Shown: positions 1 to 6,750 of the stretch, in pieces | Numbering within the stretch: the stretch's first letter is position 1 | How the letters are laid out: the number at the start of each line of letters is the position of its first letter | Assembly (NCBI GenBank): GCA_049700215.1 | Contig: JBNAVT010000049.1 | Span: 1 to 10,029 of the forward strand | Direction of reading: 5' to 3' | DNA: 10,029 nucleotides | Source: Thermoproteota archaeon | Lineage (GTDB): Archaea > Thermoproteota > EX4484-205 > JAAOZP01 | Translations under genes and position numbers: made by a program | Notes under the pieces: generated by a model | What the model saw: only the letters and a program-made list of their open reading frames with translations | Databases searched by the model: none | Told to the model about the DNA's origin: nothing

Positions 1-20
1 CATCCCCGGGAGCAACGTTG

Positions 21-40
21 AAAAAGTTTTTAACCCTTTC
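21..40 (-). promoter_or_regulatory. Putative BRE/TATA promoter for a gene starting at or beyond the left edge
   Basis: Minus strand reads GAAAGGGTTAAAAACTTTTT. An ATG (plus-strand cat, 1-3) lies about 25 nt downstream, which suits a leaderless archaeal transcript. Confidence 0.45.
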
Positions 41-45
41 CCAGG

Positions 46-70
46 CTAGCCGGGGATCGTGAGCCACCTG
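46..70 (-). other. Displaced original 3' end of gatA (codons RWLTIPG-stop), separated from the gene by the IS
   Basis: Joining 763 to 70 on the minus strand gives GGT TTC AC|C AGG TGG CTC ACG ATC CCC GGC TAG, in frame with gatA, with the stop at 48-46. Confidence 0.8.
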
Positions 71-250
71 GTCAGCTACCCACGTCTGAAGTCATGGGCT
101 TGAAGCTCGGGGTGTTTTGATGCCATCTGCACCCTTCATCCTTCAAAACATGCCCGCTGACTGGGGCATTCCCCTGAGGAGTCTGACCCTTAGCTGGGTC
201 GGCTACTTGGGTCGCCCTCAGGGCGATGTTGAGGCTCGCCACCCTGTCCC
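51..250 (-). ncRNA. Predicted omega/reRNA of the IS (scaffold overlapping the tnpB 3' end, guide from flank 70 to about 51); boundaries approximate
   Basis: Inferred from established TnpB biology. The tnpB tail after the LNIA motif looks non-globular and runs through the right-end hairpin. Not directly demonstrable from sequence. Confidence 0.5.
71..102 (-). repeat. IS right end: guide CAAG, hairpin, TAGCTGAC terminus
   Basis: Minus strand CAAG-CCCATG-ACTTCAGA-CGTGGG-TAGC-TGAC, the typical IS200/IS605 right-end layout. Confidence 0.85.
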
Positions 251-719
251 TATCCGCCCCATAGCCGCACCTGACGCATCTGAAGTATTCATAGCCCCTC
301 CAGTTTCCTCTGCTGATATGCCCGCACCGCGGGCAGGTTTGGCTAGTGTAGTTGGGCTTGATTTCCTCAACAATCACGCCTTCTCTTTCAGCAACACATT
401 TCAAGGCGTGCCTGAAGAGGGCGTAGGGTATGCGGTTGACCTTCTTTCGACCCTTCTTGCTCCATTCGCCTTTACGCTTCCTCAGATGCCTAAGCCTTTC
501 AATAGCGATATTAGCGTTGAACTGTTTGGCAAGCTTGACAATTTCGTTGGCTATCTGCCACATCCTCGTCCTAACGTAGTTTCTTTGCTTTCCGCTGAGA
601 CGTTTGAGTTTAAGCCCCGCCTTTCCTTTAGAAGCGGTGTCTCGATACTCTTGAAGTTTGGCTCTTCTCTCTTCAAATCTGAACTGTCTTGTGGAAACGT
701 CCGCGCGCGCTGGTCGCAA
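72..719 (-). pseudogene. tnpB: N-terminally truncated TnpB (RNA-guided endonuclease, IS200/IS605 family)
   Basis: Retains a basic bridge-helix region, RuvC-II (NIAIERL), YTSQTCPRCG…FRCVRCG zinc ribbon and RuvC-III (ADRDRVASLNIA). The N-terminal REC/WED region and RuvC-I Asp motif are absent, and only the IS left end lies upstream. Confidence 0.85.
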
Positions 720-762
720 TTCCTCCCACGTCTAAAGAAGTGGGCTTCCTTGCGACAGTTTG
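713..762 (-). repeat. IS left end: guide GAAG, hairpin, enclosing GTCGCAA/TTGCGAC inverted repeat
   Basis: Minus strand CAAACT-GTCGCAA-G-GAAG-CCCAC-TTCTTTAGAC-GTGGG-AGGAA-TTGCGAC, immediately after TTCAC. Confidence 0.82.
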
Positions 763-2189
763 GTGAAACCGGTTTCAGCCTCGTAAGCGTAGGATAGCCT
801 GAGCAGCGTCGCCTCCTCAAAATGGTCTCCTGCGAGTTGAAGACCCACGGGGAGAGAGTTGACGAAGCCTGCTGGAACACTTACCGCGGGAAGCCCAGCA
901 AGGTTGACGGCGACTGTTTCAAAATCCATCATGTAGGTTTCCAGCGGCGACACTATTTCGCCTATTCTCCAAGGGAGGACGGGCATGGTTGGCGTAGCCA
1001 GAGCATCGAAGTCTTTAAACAGGAGCTTGAAATCGTCATGTATCCTCCTCCTGACTCTGCAGGCCTTCATGTAGAAATCCTCCTTGTAGCCTGCGGAAAG
1101 CACGAAGGTCCCTAGGAATATCCTCCGCTTAACCTCCTCTCCAAAGCCCTCGGTCCTAGTCTTGACAATCCTCTCCTCCCACTTGCCTTCGACACTTCCC
1201 CCGCCGTAGCGGATCCCGTCGAACCTCGCAAGGTTGCTTGAACACTCCGCCATAGCTATGATATAGTAGGCTGGGAGAGCATACTTCATGAAAGGAAACG
1301 ATACTTCCTCGACCGAGCACCCGGTTTTCTCGAGGACGCCTACAGCGTCGTAAACCCTTCTCGAAACCTTCTCGTCAATATTCTCGAAACCCTCCTTAAT
1401 AATGCCGATTCTAAGGCCCCTGGCTCCCCCTAGGGCTTCTTCAACATAATCAGGCGTCTCCCTGCTTGAAGAAGTTGAATCTCTTGAATCGCCGCCCGCT
1501 ATTACTTGAAGCAGCAGGGCTGTGGACAGCGTGTCCCTAGCCATAGGCCCTATTTGGTCAAGGCTGCTCGCGTACGCTATTAAACCGTAGCGTGAAACCC
1601 TGCCGTAAGTCGGCTTCAGCCCGACTACGGAGTTGAAGGCCGCGGGGTTCCTTATCGACCCCCCGGTGTCGCTTCCGAGAGCAAGCTCCACGGCCCCTGT
1701 TGCAAGGGAAACCGCGCTTCCGCCGCTGCTGCCCCCGGAGACCCTGGAATGGTCGAAAAAGTTTCTCGTCGGGCCGAAGAAAGAGGTTTCAGTGCTTGAG
1801 CCCATTGCGAACTCGTCCATGTTCGTCTTCCCAATAATAATGCCATCCTCCCTCTTTATCTTCTCGACAACAGTGGCGTCGTAAACCGGAACATAGTTTT
1901 CAAGCATTCTTGAGGCGCATGTCGTCCTTAGACCCTTCGTGGAAATATTGTCTTTAACCGCGACCAGGAGACCAGCTAGCCTGCCTGTTTTTCCACCAGC
2001 CATGATTCTACGCTTAAGCTCCTCCGCACTCCTGATGGCGCCCTCGCTGTCGACCGTTATGAAAGCATTCAGCCCTCTCGTCTCCTCGATTCTTTCAAGA
2101 GCCCTGTGGACTTTCTCAACCGGGTCGGCGGAATCAAAGCCCTGATCTAGAAAACCGTTTAACCCAGCACTTGGCCTGACACAAACCAT
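732..2189 (-). CDS. gatA: Asp-tRNA(Asn)/Glu-tRNA(Gln) amidotransferase subunit A
   Basis: Amidase signature VAVKDN, GKTNMDEFAMGSSTE, GGSSGGSA, GSDTGGSIRNPA; GatA-specific AECSSNLARFDGIRYG and GFGEEVKRRIFLGT; adjacent to gatC. The last 9 residues and stop come from the IS left end. The start overlaps the gatC end. Confidence 0.97.
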   Translation of the reverse strand: MVCVRPSAGLNGFLDQGFDSADPVEKVHRALERIEETRGLNAFITVDSEGAIRSAEELKRRIMAGGKTGRLAGLLVAVKDNISTKGLRTTCASRMLENYVPVYDATVVEKIKREDGIIIGKTNMDEFAMGSSTETSFFGPTRNFFDHSRVSGGSSGGSAVSLATGAVELALGSDTGGSIRNPAAFNSVVGLKPTYGRVSRYGLIAYASSLDQIGPMARDTLSTALLLQVIAGGDSRDSTSSSRETPDYVEEALGGARGLRIGIIKEGFENIDEKVSRRVYDAVGVLEKTGCSVEEVSFPFMKYALPAYYIIAMAECSSNLARFDGIRYGGGSVEGKWEERIVKTRTEGFGEEVKRRIFLGTFVLSAGYKEDFYMKACRVRRRIHDDFKLLFKDFDALATPTMPVLPWRIGEIVSPLETYMMDFETVAVNLAGLPAVSVPAGFVNSLPVGLQLAGDHFEEATLLRLSYAYEAETGFTKLSQGSPLL

Positions 2190-2455
2190 TTCTCATCCTT
2201 CTCTCCAGCGTTCTTGAAAACATCCTCCTCCGGAAGAGTTTCCCCAGGCTTATCTTCCCTCAGAGCCTCACTGAAACCGGTCACGTAAACCATCGGCTCC
2301 ACATCCAGCTGCAGGCTTCTCACAGTGTTGAAATAATCCAGTATCTCATTGACGTCTTTCTGTAGCCTCGCCACATCAGCCTCGCTCAGGGAGATTCTGC
2401 AGAGCTTCGCGTAATGCAGAACCTCTTCTTTCGAGACAACTATTTTTTCACTCAT
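2159..2455 (-). CDS. gatC: Asp-tRNA(Asn)/Glu-tRNA(Gln) amidotransferase subunit C
   Basis: 98 aa with the pattern SKEEVLHYAKLCRISLSE…ILDYF…LREDKP…VFKNA, directly upstream of gatA. Confidence 0.93.
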   Translation of the reverse strand: MSEKIVVSKEEVLHYAKLCRISLSEADVARLQKDVNEILDYFNTVRSLQLDVEPMVYVTGFSEALREDKPGETLPEEDVFKNAGEKDEKWFVSGQVLG

Positions 2456-2481
2456 CTGGACGAGCCCTATTTCTCTCCGGC

Positions 2482-2501
2482 TTGTCTATTTATCAGTTTC
2501 C
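2482..2501 (-). promoter_or_regulatory. Putative gatCA promoter (BRE/TATA)
   Basis: Minus strand GGAAACTGATAAATAGACAA, about 30 nt upstream of the gatC ATG. Confidence 0.5.
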
Positions 2502-2654
2502 TCCGGCAGCAGCGGCTTAAGCCGCTTCAGGAATGAGGCTGAGCATTCCAGTATTCCCGCCTCTGAGACGGCTAGCTCGCATCCTTAAAAAAGGACTACG
2601 CAAGCCCCCGGCCGCCGGTGTTTTTTAAAAGATTGTTGACGAGGATCCCTTAGC

Positions 2655-3275
2655 CTACTGAGTCTGGGAGCCGGTTTCCTCCATTTGCTGTCTAACGGCT
2701 TCAGGTATCTCTGGGAAGCTTGACTTCATTTTCTGAGAGGCTAGTATGGATGCTTCCTTCAATATCTGGTCTGCCTCGCTGTCAGGCGCAATATACGTCT
2801 CGTAGCCTGTGACTTCACCGGCCTGTATAAGCACCCTGTTCATCATGTCCTCCACCTGTCTGAGGCTGTCGGCAACCTGTGGCGCAACATTCCTTATCTC
2901 ATTCCCAACCCTGTTGACCACGTTAACAACCGGTCCAAGGATCTTCAGAGTCTCCTTAAAGTCTATCGTGTCTTCAAGCCTAAGTATTACTCTTTCAAGC
3001 GCAAGCCTGTTGCTCAGAATTATCTTACCCATTTTCCTTACCTGGGCAACCTCGTTCGCGTAGACTTGGGCGCGGGAATTGTCCCGCTCAATAAGAGCCT
3101 TCTCGACTTCTTTGAAAAGCTGCTCATCCCTCGTCTTAATCCTGTGGTAGATCCTGTCAAGGTTCTGCTCCTGAATCTTAAGCATCGCGACCGCTTCCCT
3201 CAATGCGTCTTGAAACGCGTGCTGGTCCGCTGGTTGCGGGGGTGGTTGAGGCTTCCTTCCGAATAACGGACTCAT
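2655..3275 (-). CDS. ESCRT-III / Snf7-family cell division protein (CdvB1/CdvB2-like, no winged helix)
   Basis: Snf7 core (RDEQLF…RAQVYANEVAQVRKM…LALERVILRLE), EADQILKEA helix and C-terminal MIM2-like FPEIP; divergent from the Vps4 gene. Confidence 0.9.
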   Translation of the reverse strand: MSPLFGRKPQPPPQPADQHAFQDALREAVAMLKIQEQNLDRIYHRIKTRDEQLFKEVEKALIERDNSRAQVYANEVAQVRKMGKIILSNRLALERVILRLEDTIDFKETLKILGPVVNVVNRVGNEIRNVAPQVADSLRQVEDMMNRVLIQAGEVTGYETYIAPDSEADQILKEASILASQKMKSSFPEIPEAVRQQMEETGSQTQ

Positions 3276-3299
3276 CTTTATCAGTATCCGCCTTATGTC

Positions 3300-3362
3300 G
3301 TGGCTTAAATATTTTTAGGAGTGCAATAAATCTTTACTTTAAGGTAGATAAAACTTAATAGG
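3300..3362. promoter_or_regulatory. Divergent promoters for the ESCRT-III gene and cdvC
   Basis: Minus strand AAAAATATTTAAGCC (about 3317-3303) and plus strand ATAAAACTTAATAGG (about 3348-3362), each 25-30 nt from a start codon. Confidence 0.6.
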
Positions 3363-3387
3363 AATGCTTTATTGGTGTCAAGTTGGA

Positions 3388-4551
3388 GTGGAAGTGTCCA
3401 GCTTGGGCTGGCGGAGCGAGCTTGAGAAAACTGCGATAAGAAAGGCGCATGAAGCAGTTACAATGGACAGTCAGGGAGACTACAAGTCTGCATTGAAGCT
3501 TTACAGGGAGACTATTGAAATACTCATGCAGCTTTACACGCTTACTGATAACGACAGTATGAAAAGGGTCTACTTAGACCGTATAAGGGAATATCAGAAA
3601 AGAGTTGAGAAGCTTGAAGGCCTTATGAAGAGGAAGGAAGAGGTTGTTTACATCAATAAAACCGAGACCAAGGAGGGGGAGGACAAGTGGCTCCAGGACG
3701 TTGTCCTGATAGAGAAGCCCTCCGTCAGGTGGGAGGACATCATAAACCTGGAGGAGGCTAAGAAGAAGCTGTATGTCAACGTGATCTTTCCAACCATCCG
3801 TCCGGATGTCTACAAGCTGCCCTGGTCCACAGGGATACTTTTCTACGGGCCCCCGGGGTGTGGGAAAACACTCTTGGCAGCAGCCTTGGCCAACAGTATT
3901 AGGGCGACCTTCTACCTAGTTAAAGCTTCTTCAGTGCTTTCTAAATGGCTTGGGGAATCTGAGAAGAATATTGCTAAGCTTTTCGAACACGCTAGGAGGA
4001 ACAGCAGCTCCAACGAGCCGGCTATACTTTTCATAGATGAGGTTGAAAGCATCGTTGGAACCCATATTTATGAAACAGGGGGCGAGTCGAGAGCTAGACT
4101 GCAGCTCCAGCAGGAGATGGATGGGCTTGCAAGCAAGGGCCGTGTGGAACACGTCTACGTGATAGCGGCGACGAACAACCCGTGGCTACTGCCGGACTCC
4201 TTCCTAAGAAGATTTGAGGAGCGTCTTTACGTTCCTCCTCCAGACGTTAGGGCTAGGAAGAAGCTCTTCATGTACTTCACGTCTAAGCTCAGCCTTAAGC
4301 CGCCGATAAACTACGATGAGCTGGCGCGGTTGACAGAAGGCTATTCTGCCCACGATATTGAAAACATATGTAAGGATGCTTTCAAAATGACTATTGAAGA
4401 ATTCTTCGAGCAGGGCGACCCGATGAAGGGCGACCCCAGGCCCGTTAGCATGGAGGACCTTGTTAAAGCTATTAGAAACAGGGGCAGCAGCATAAGCAGG
4501 GAGAGCCTGGCTAAAATGGAGGAATGGAGGAGGGAAAGGGGCTCTGCCTAG
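3388..4551 (+). CDS. cdvC: Vps4/CdvC AAA+ ATPase with N-terminal MIT domain (start probably GTG 3388 or 3394; ORF open from 3364)
   Basis: MIT helices (AIRKAHEAVTMDSQGDYKSALKLY…YLDRIREYQKRVEKL), Walker A GPPGCGKT, pore loop SKWLGES, Walker B LFIDEVE, SRH AATNNPW…FLRRF; flanked by two ESCRT-III genes. Confidence 0.95.
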   Translation: MEVSSLGWRSELEKTAIRKAHEAVTMDSQGDYKSALKLYRETIEILMQLYTLTDNDSMKRVYLDRIREYQKRVEKLEGLMKRKEEVVYINKTETKEGEDKWLQDVVLIEKPSVRWEDIINLEEAKKKLYVNVIFPTIRPDVYKLPWSTGILFYGPPGCGKTLLAAALANSIRATFYLVKASSVLSKWLGESEKNIAKLFEHARRNSSSNEPAILFIDEVESIVGTHIYETGGESRARLQLQQEMDGLASKGRVEHVYVIAATNNPWLLPDSFLRRFEERLYVPPPDVRARKKLFMYFTSKLSLKPPINYDELARLTEGYSAHDIENICKDAFKMTIEEFFEQGDPMKGDPRPVSMEDLVKAIRNRGSSISRESLAKMEEWRRERGSA

Positions 4552-5264
4552 ACAAACTCCTCCTCGCGTTTTACAACAACTTTCTTCTCCTTAATGAGCT
4601 CGTTCAAAAGGCTTTCAACCTCGTTCTTCTCCATTGAGAGGTCTTTCGCGCACCTCTCTATGTTGAAGGAATCCGTGTTAGCCTTAAGATATTCTAGAAC
4701 CTTCTGCTTAGCCTCCTCCCGCAGATCATGGCTCGGCACCTTTGGAAAAGTTGTTTCAAGCTTCAGCAGGGCAAGCCTCTCAGCCTCCTTAATCACCCTG
4801 TCAGCCTCAGTGTCAACGGTTTCCGCCCTGATGTCTGTCGTCCTCGTTATTATCGAAGCCGCTTCCTCAAGCCTAGCCTTAACCCCGACAAACTCTTTTT
4901 CAAGATTCGGCAGGGGGCTTGTCTCACTTATCCTGGAGAGCAGCCTCGCCAGCTGCGGAAGCATGCCGTACAGCTCCTCGGACTCCACCATGGTTTCAAG
5001 CCTGAGCTTAATGGTTAACACGAGCAGGCTAGACTGGTAGACAAGTTTAGCAACTCTTCTCAGCATGGCTATCTCCTCAGCATAGGCCTTAGCCCTGTCG
5101 TGATCATTCTTCTCGAGAAGAAGACTTATCTTCTCAAGATACTCACTATCCTTCCTCCTCAGGTTCTTAACTATCTTCTCAAGGTCGTAGGATACTAGCT
5201 CTATGTCGGTCAACGACTCCCTAAGCAGAAGCCTCACCCTCTCCATGCTGCCTGCGGGCTCCAT
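4548..5264 (-). CDS. cdvB: ESCRT-III cell division protein with C-terminal winged-helix-like domain (CdvB-type)
   Basis: Snf7 core (DRAKAYAEEIAMLRRV…IKLRLET), EADRVIKEA helix, MIM2-like FPKVP, then a wH-like tail KVLEYLKANTDSFNIERCAKDLSMEKNEVESLLNELIKEKKVVV. Its stop codon overlaps that of cdvC (shared CTAG). Confidence 0.88.
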   Translation of the reverse strand: MEPAGSMERVRLLLRESLTDIELVSYDLEKIVKNLRRKDSEYLEKISLLLEKNDHDRAKAYAEEIAMLRRVAKLVYQSSLLVLTIKLRLETMVESEELYGMLPQLARLLSRISETSPLPNLEKEFVGVKARLEEAASIITRTTDIRAETVDTEADRVIKEAERLALLKLETTFPKVPSHDLREEAKQKVLEYLKANTDSFNIERCAKDLSMEKNEVESLLNELIKEKKVVVKREEEFV

Positions 5265-5266
5265 CT

Positions 5267-5980
5267 TTACTGTCTTCTCCCCTCCAACTCTAATACTCCA
5301 CCGCTCGTACCCACATAAGCATAGCTTACGACGCCTTTAAAGATACCGTTCTCCAGGATCCCAGGGGTATTGTTGAAGAAACCATCCAGCCAGTCGAGAC
5401 TACGGTTCTCAGGCAGGGGGACGTCTATAATAGCGTTCCCAAAGTCTGTTATCACGGGCCCAACCTTACCGCTTCCAGTCCTGATCCTAACGGCTACTCC
5501 AAGAGTCTTTTCAACCCTCTTTTTAACCAGTAGCACCAGGTTTTGAAGAACCTCCACCGGTATTGGGAAGCCTGGCGGAATCCTTTCAACAATCTTCCTC
5601 TCATCCAGAACCAGAACCATCTTCCTTGAAACCGAGCTCAAAGCCTTCTCCAGAAGCAGAGCGCCTCCCCCACCCTTTATCGCGGTCAACGATTCTCTTT
5701 CAACAAGGTCCGCGCTATCTATAGTGACATCCACATGATCTATCTGGTTGAAGCTCGTGGTTTCCAAGCCTTCCTCCAGAATCCTAAACTCTATTTGACG
5801 AGACGACGGGACAAGCGAAACATCCCTGATGAGGCCCGCCCTTATTCTCTCAGCCAGCAGGGGTAGGAAAACATCCCCTATCGTGCTCCCGGAGCCAAGC
5901 CCTATGATCATCCCGGATTCAACATGAGCCAAGGCTTTCTCAGAGGCCAGCCTCCTCAGACCGGCGAGGCTTCCACTCAT
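5267..5980 (-). CDS. rpiA: Ribose-5-phosphate isomerase A
   Basis: IGLGSGST, IDSAD (variant of DGADE), IKGGGGALLLEK, PIPVEV, GKVGPVITDFGN and PGILENGIF motifs. Confidence 0.95.
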   Translation of the reverse strand: MSGSLAGLRRLASEKALAHVESGMIIGLGSGSTIGDVFLPLLAERIRAGLIRDVSLVPSSRQIEFRILEEGLETTSFNQIDHVDVTIDSADLVERESLTAIKGGGGALLLEKALSSVSRKMVLVLDERKIVERIPPGFPIPVEVLQNLVLLVKKRVEKTLGVAVRIRTGSGKVGPVITDFGNAIIDVPLPENRSLDWLDGFFNNTPGILENGIFKGVVSYAYVGTSGGVLELEGRRQ

Positions 5981-5984
5981 TTCT

Positions 5985-6398
5985 TCAAACCAGCCGGCTC
6001 AGGTTGCTCAGGGTCTCCCTGGCGACACGGTAAGCCCGGTTCAATTCTTCTTCAAGCCTCGACAAGTCGCCCAGGATGAAGTCGGGCTCCTTGGAAGCAT
6101 GCTTGCTGCCGCCGTTTAAAAGAGTAGGGGCCGCTGGAGGCTTAAACCCTACGCCGTGTTTCTGCGCGAGGAGAATGCTTCTCTTAACCATTTCAAGCCT
6201 GAGAGTCTGAAGAAGGTTCTCCAGCTTTTCAACACCCGCGTCAGGATCATTGCCCCCACCGTTTTTCAACTCTACAATCCTCCTCCTGACGGTTTTCATC
6301 ATCTCCATTATCTCAAGAACCTCGGAAACAAGGGTCTCGGACTCTGAGGACTCCTCGCCCTCGGCATCCTGTACAAGCATCTTTAGCATCATTTCCAC
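5985..6398 (-). CDS. Hypothetical alpha-helical/coiled-coil protein (137 aa), first gene of a probable operon with rpiA and cdvB
   Basis: Codon style like neighbouring genes, 4-nt gap to rpiA, AT-rich promoter-like sequence upstream (minus strand ATATAAAAAGCCATATAAG). No family recognised. Confidence 0.75.
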   Translation of the reverse strand: MEMMLKMLVQDAEGEESSESETLVSEVLEIMEMMKTVRRRIVELKNGGGNDPDAGVEKLENLLQTLRLEMVKRSILLAQKHGVGFKPPAAPTLLNGGSKHASKEPDFILGDLSRLEEELNRAYRVARETLSNLSRLV

Positions 6399-6750
6399 TG
6401 CAGGGACTGACTTATATGGCTTTTTATATTGGTTTCAATACAATCTTCTTTACTAGTTTATTCAGAAAACTTTTGGAGAAAGGATGTTTCCCACTAGGAG
6501 GAAGAGGTTTATCCACGTCAAACAGAGTTCTCGCGTTAAAATCAAGCAGCATCCTTATACAAACTGCGTATCCCTCCACGCAGCCAAAAAATCTAAAAAG
6601 CTCAAAAAATCCGTAAAACCGAAAATATTGCCGCTTGCTCCTAAGAGCTGGAGAAACCACTGGAAAACAGAAACGGTTCTCCCAGCGCACACTGCCGAAG
6701 GATCGTGCACCATCCTGCTTGCAGACAGGATGTAGCTCCTAATGGTGCAC

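Larger units (their letters stand above)
71..762 (-). mobile_element. Non-autonomous, internally deleted IS200/IS605-family element (tnpB-only derivative), 692 bp
   Basis: Two related subterminal hairpins: left AAGCCCACTTCTTTAGACGTGGG (747-725) and right AAGCCCATGACTTCAGACGTGGG (101-79), 19/23 identical. Left target TTCAC (767-763), right cleavage motif TGAC (74-71). Guide tetranucleotides GAAG and CAAG fit TCAC and TGAC by the IS608 guide/cleavage pairing pattern. Contains a tnpB 3' half and no tnpA. Confidence 0.88.

Noticed and set aside
60-775. IS as a spliceable intron in gatA (IStron or BHB-type mRNA intron)
   Set aside because: I tested all five possible junction registers and none forms a 4-bp BHB central helix. 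There is no room for a group I intron core between the left end and the tnpB fragment.
117-2145. Alternative ORFs 117-797, 551-880, 822-1115, 1633-1884, 1652-1846 and 1939-2145
   Set aside because: Antisense or off-frame shadows of tnpB and gatA with no recognisable motifs. The KEAHFFRRG stretch in 551-880 is just the left-end hairpin read in another frame.
4412-4436. Direct repeat AGGGCGACCC x2 in cdvC
   Set aside because: It simply encodes GDPMKGDP in a loop. Only two short copies.
2809-6456. Antisense ORFs over the ESCRT-III, cdvC, cdvB and hypothetical genes
   Set aside because: Ser/Leu/Phe-rich mirror translations of Glu/Lys-rich genes on the opposite strand.
6416-6735. ORFs 6416-6616, 6424-6690 and 6484-6735
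   Set aside because: Mutually overlapping, composition driven by A/T tracts, no family motifs. Treated as non-coding, although a small basic protein cannot be fully excluded.
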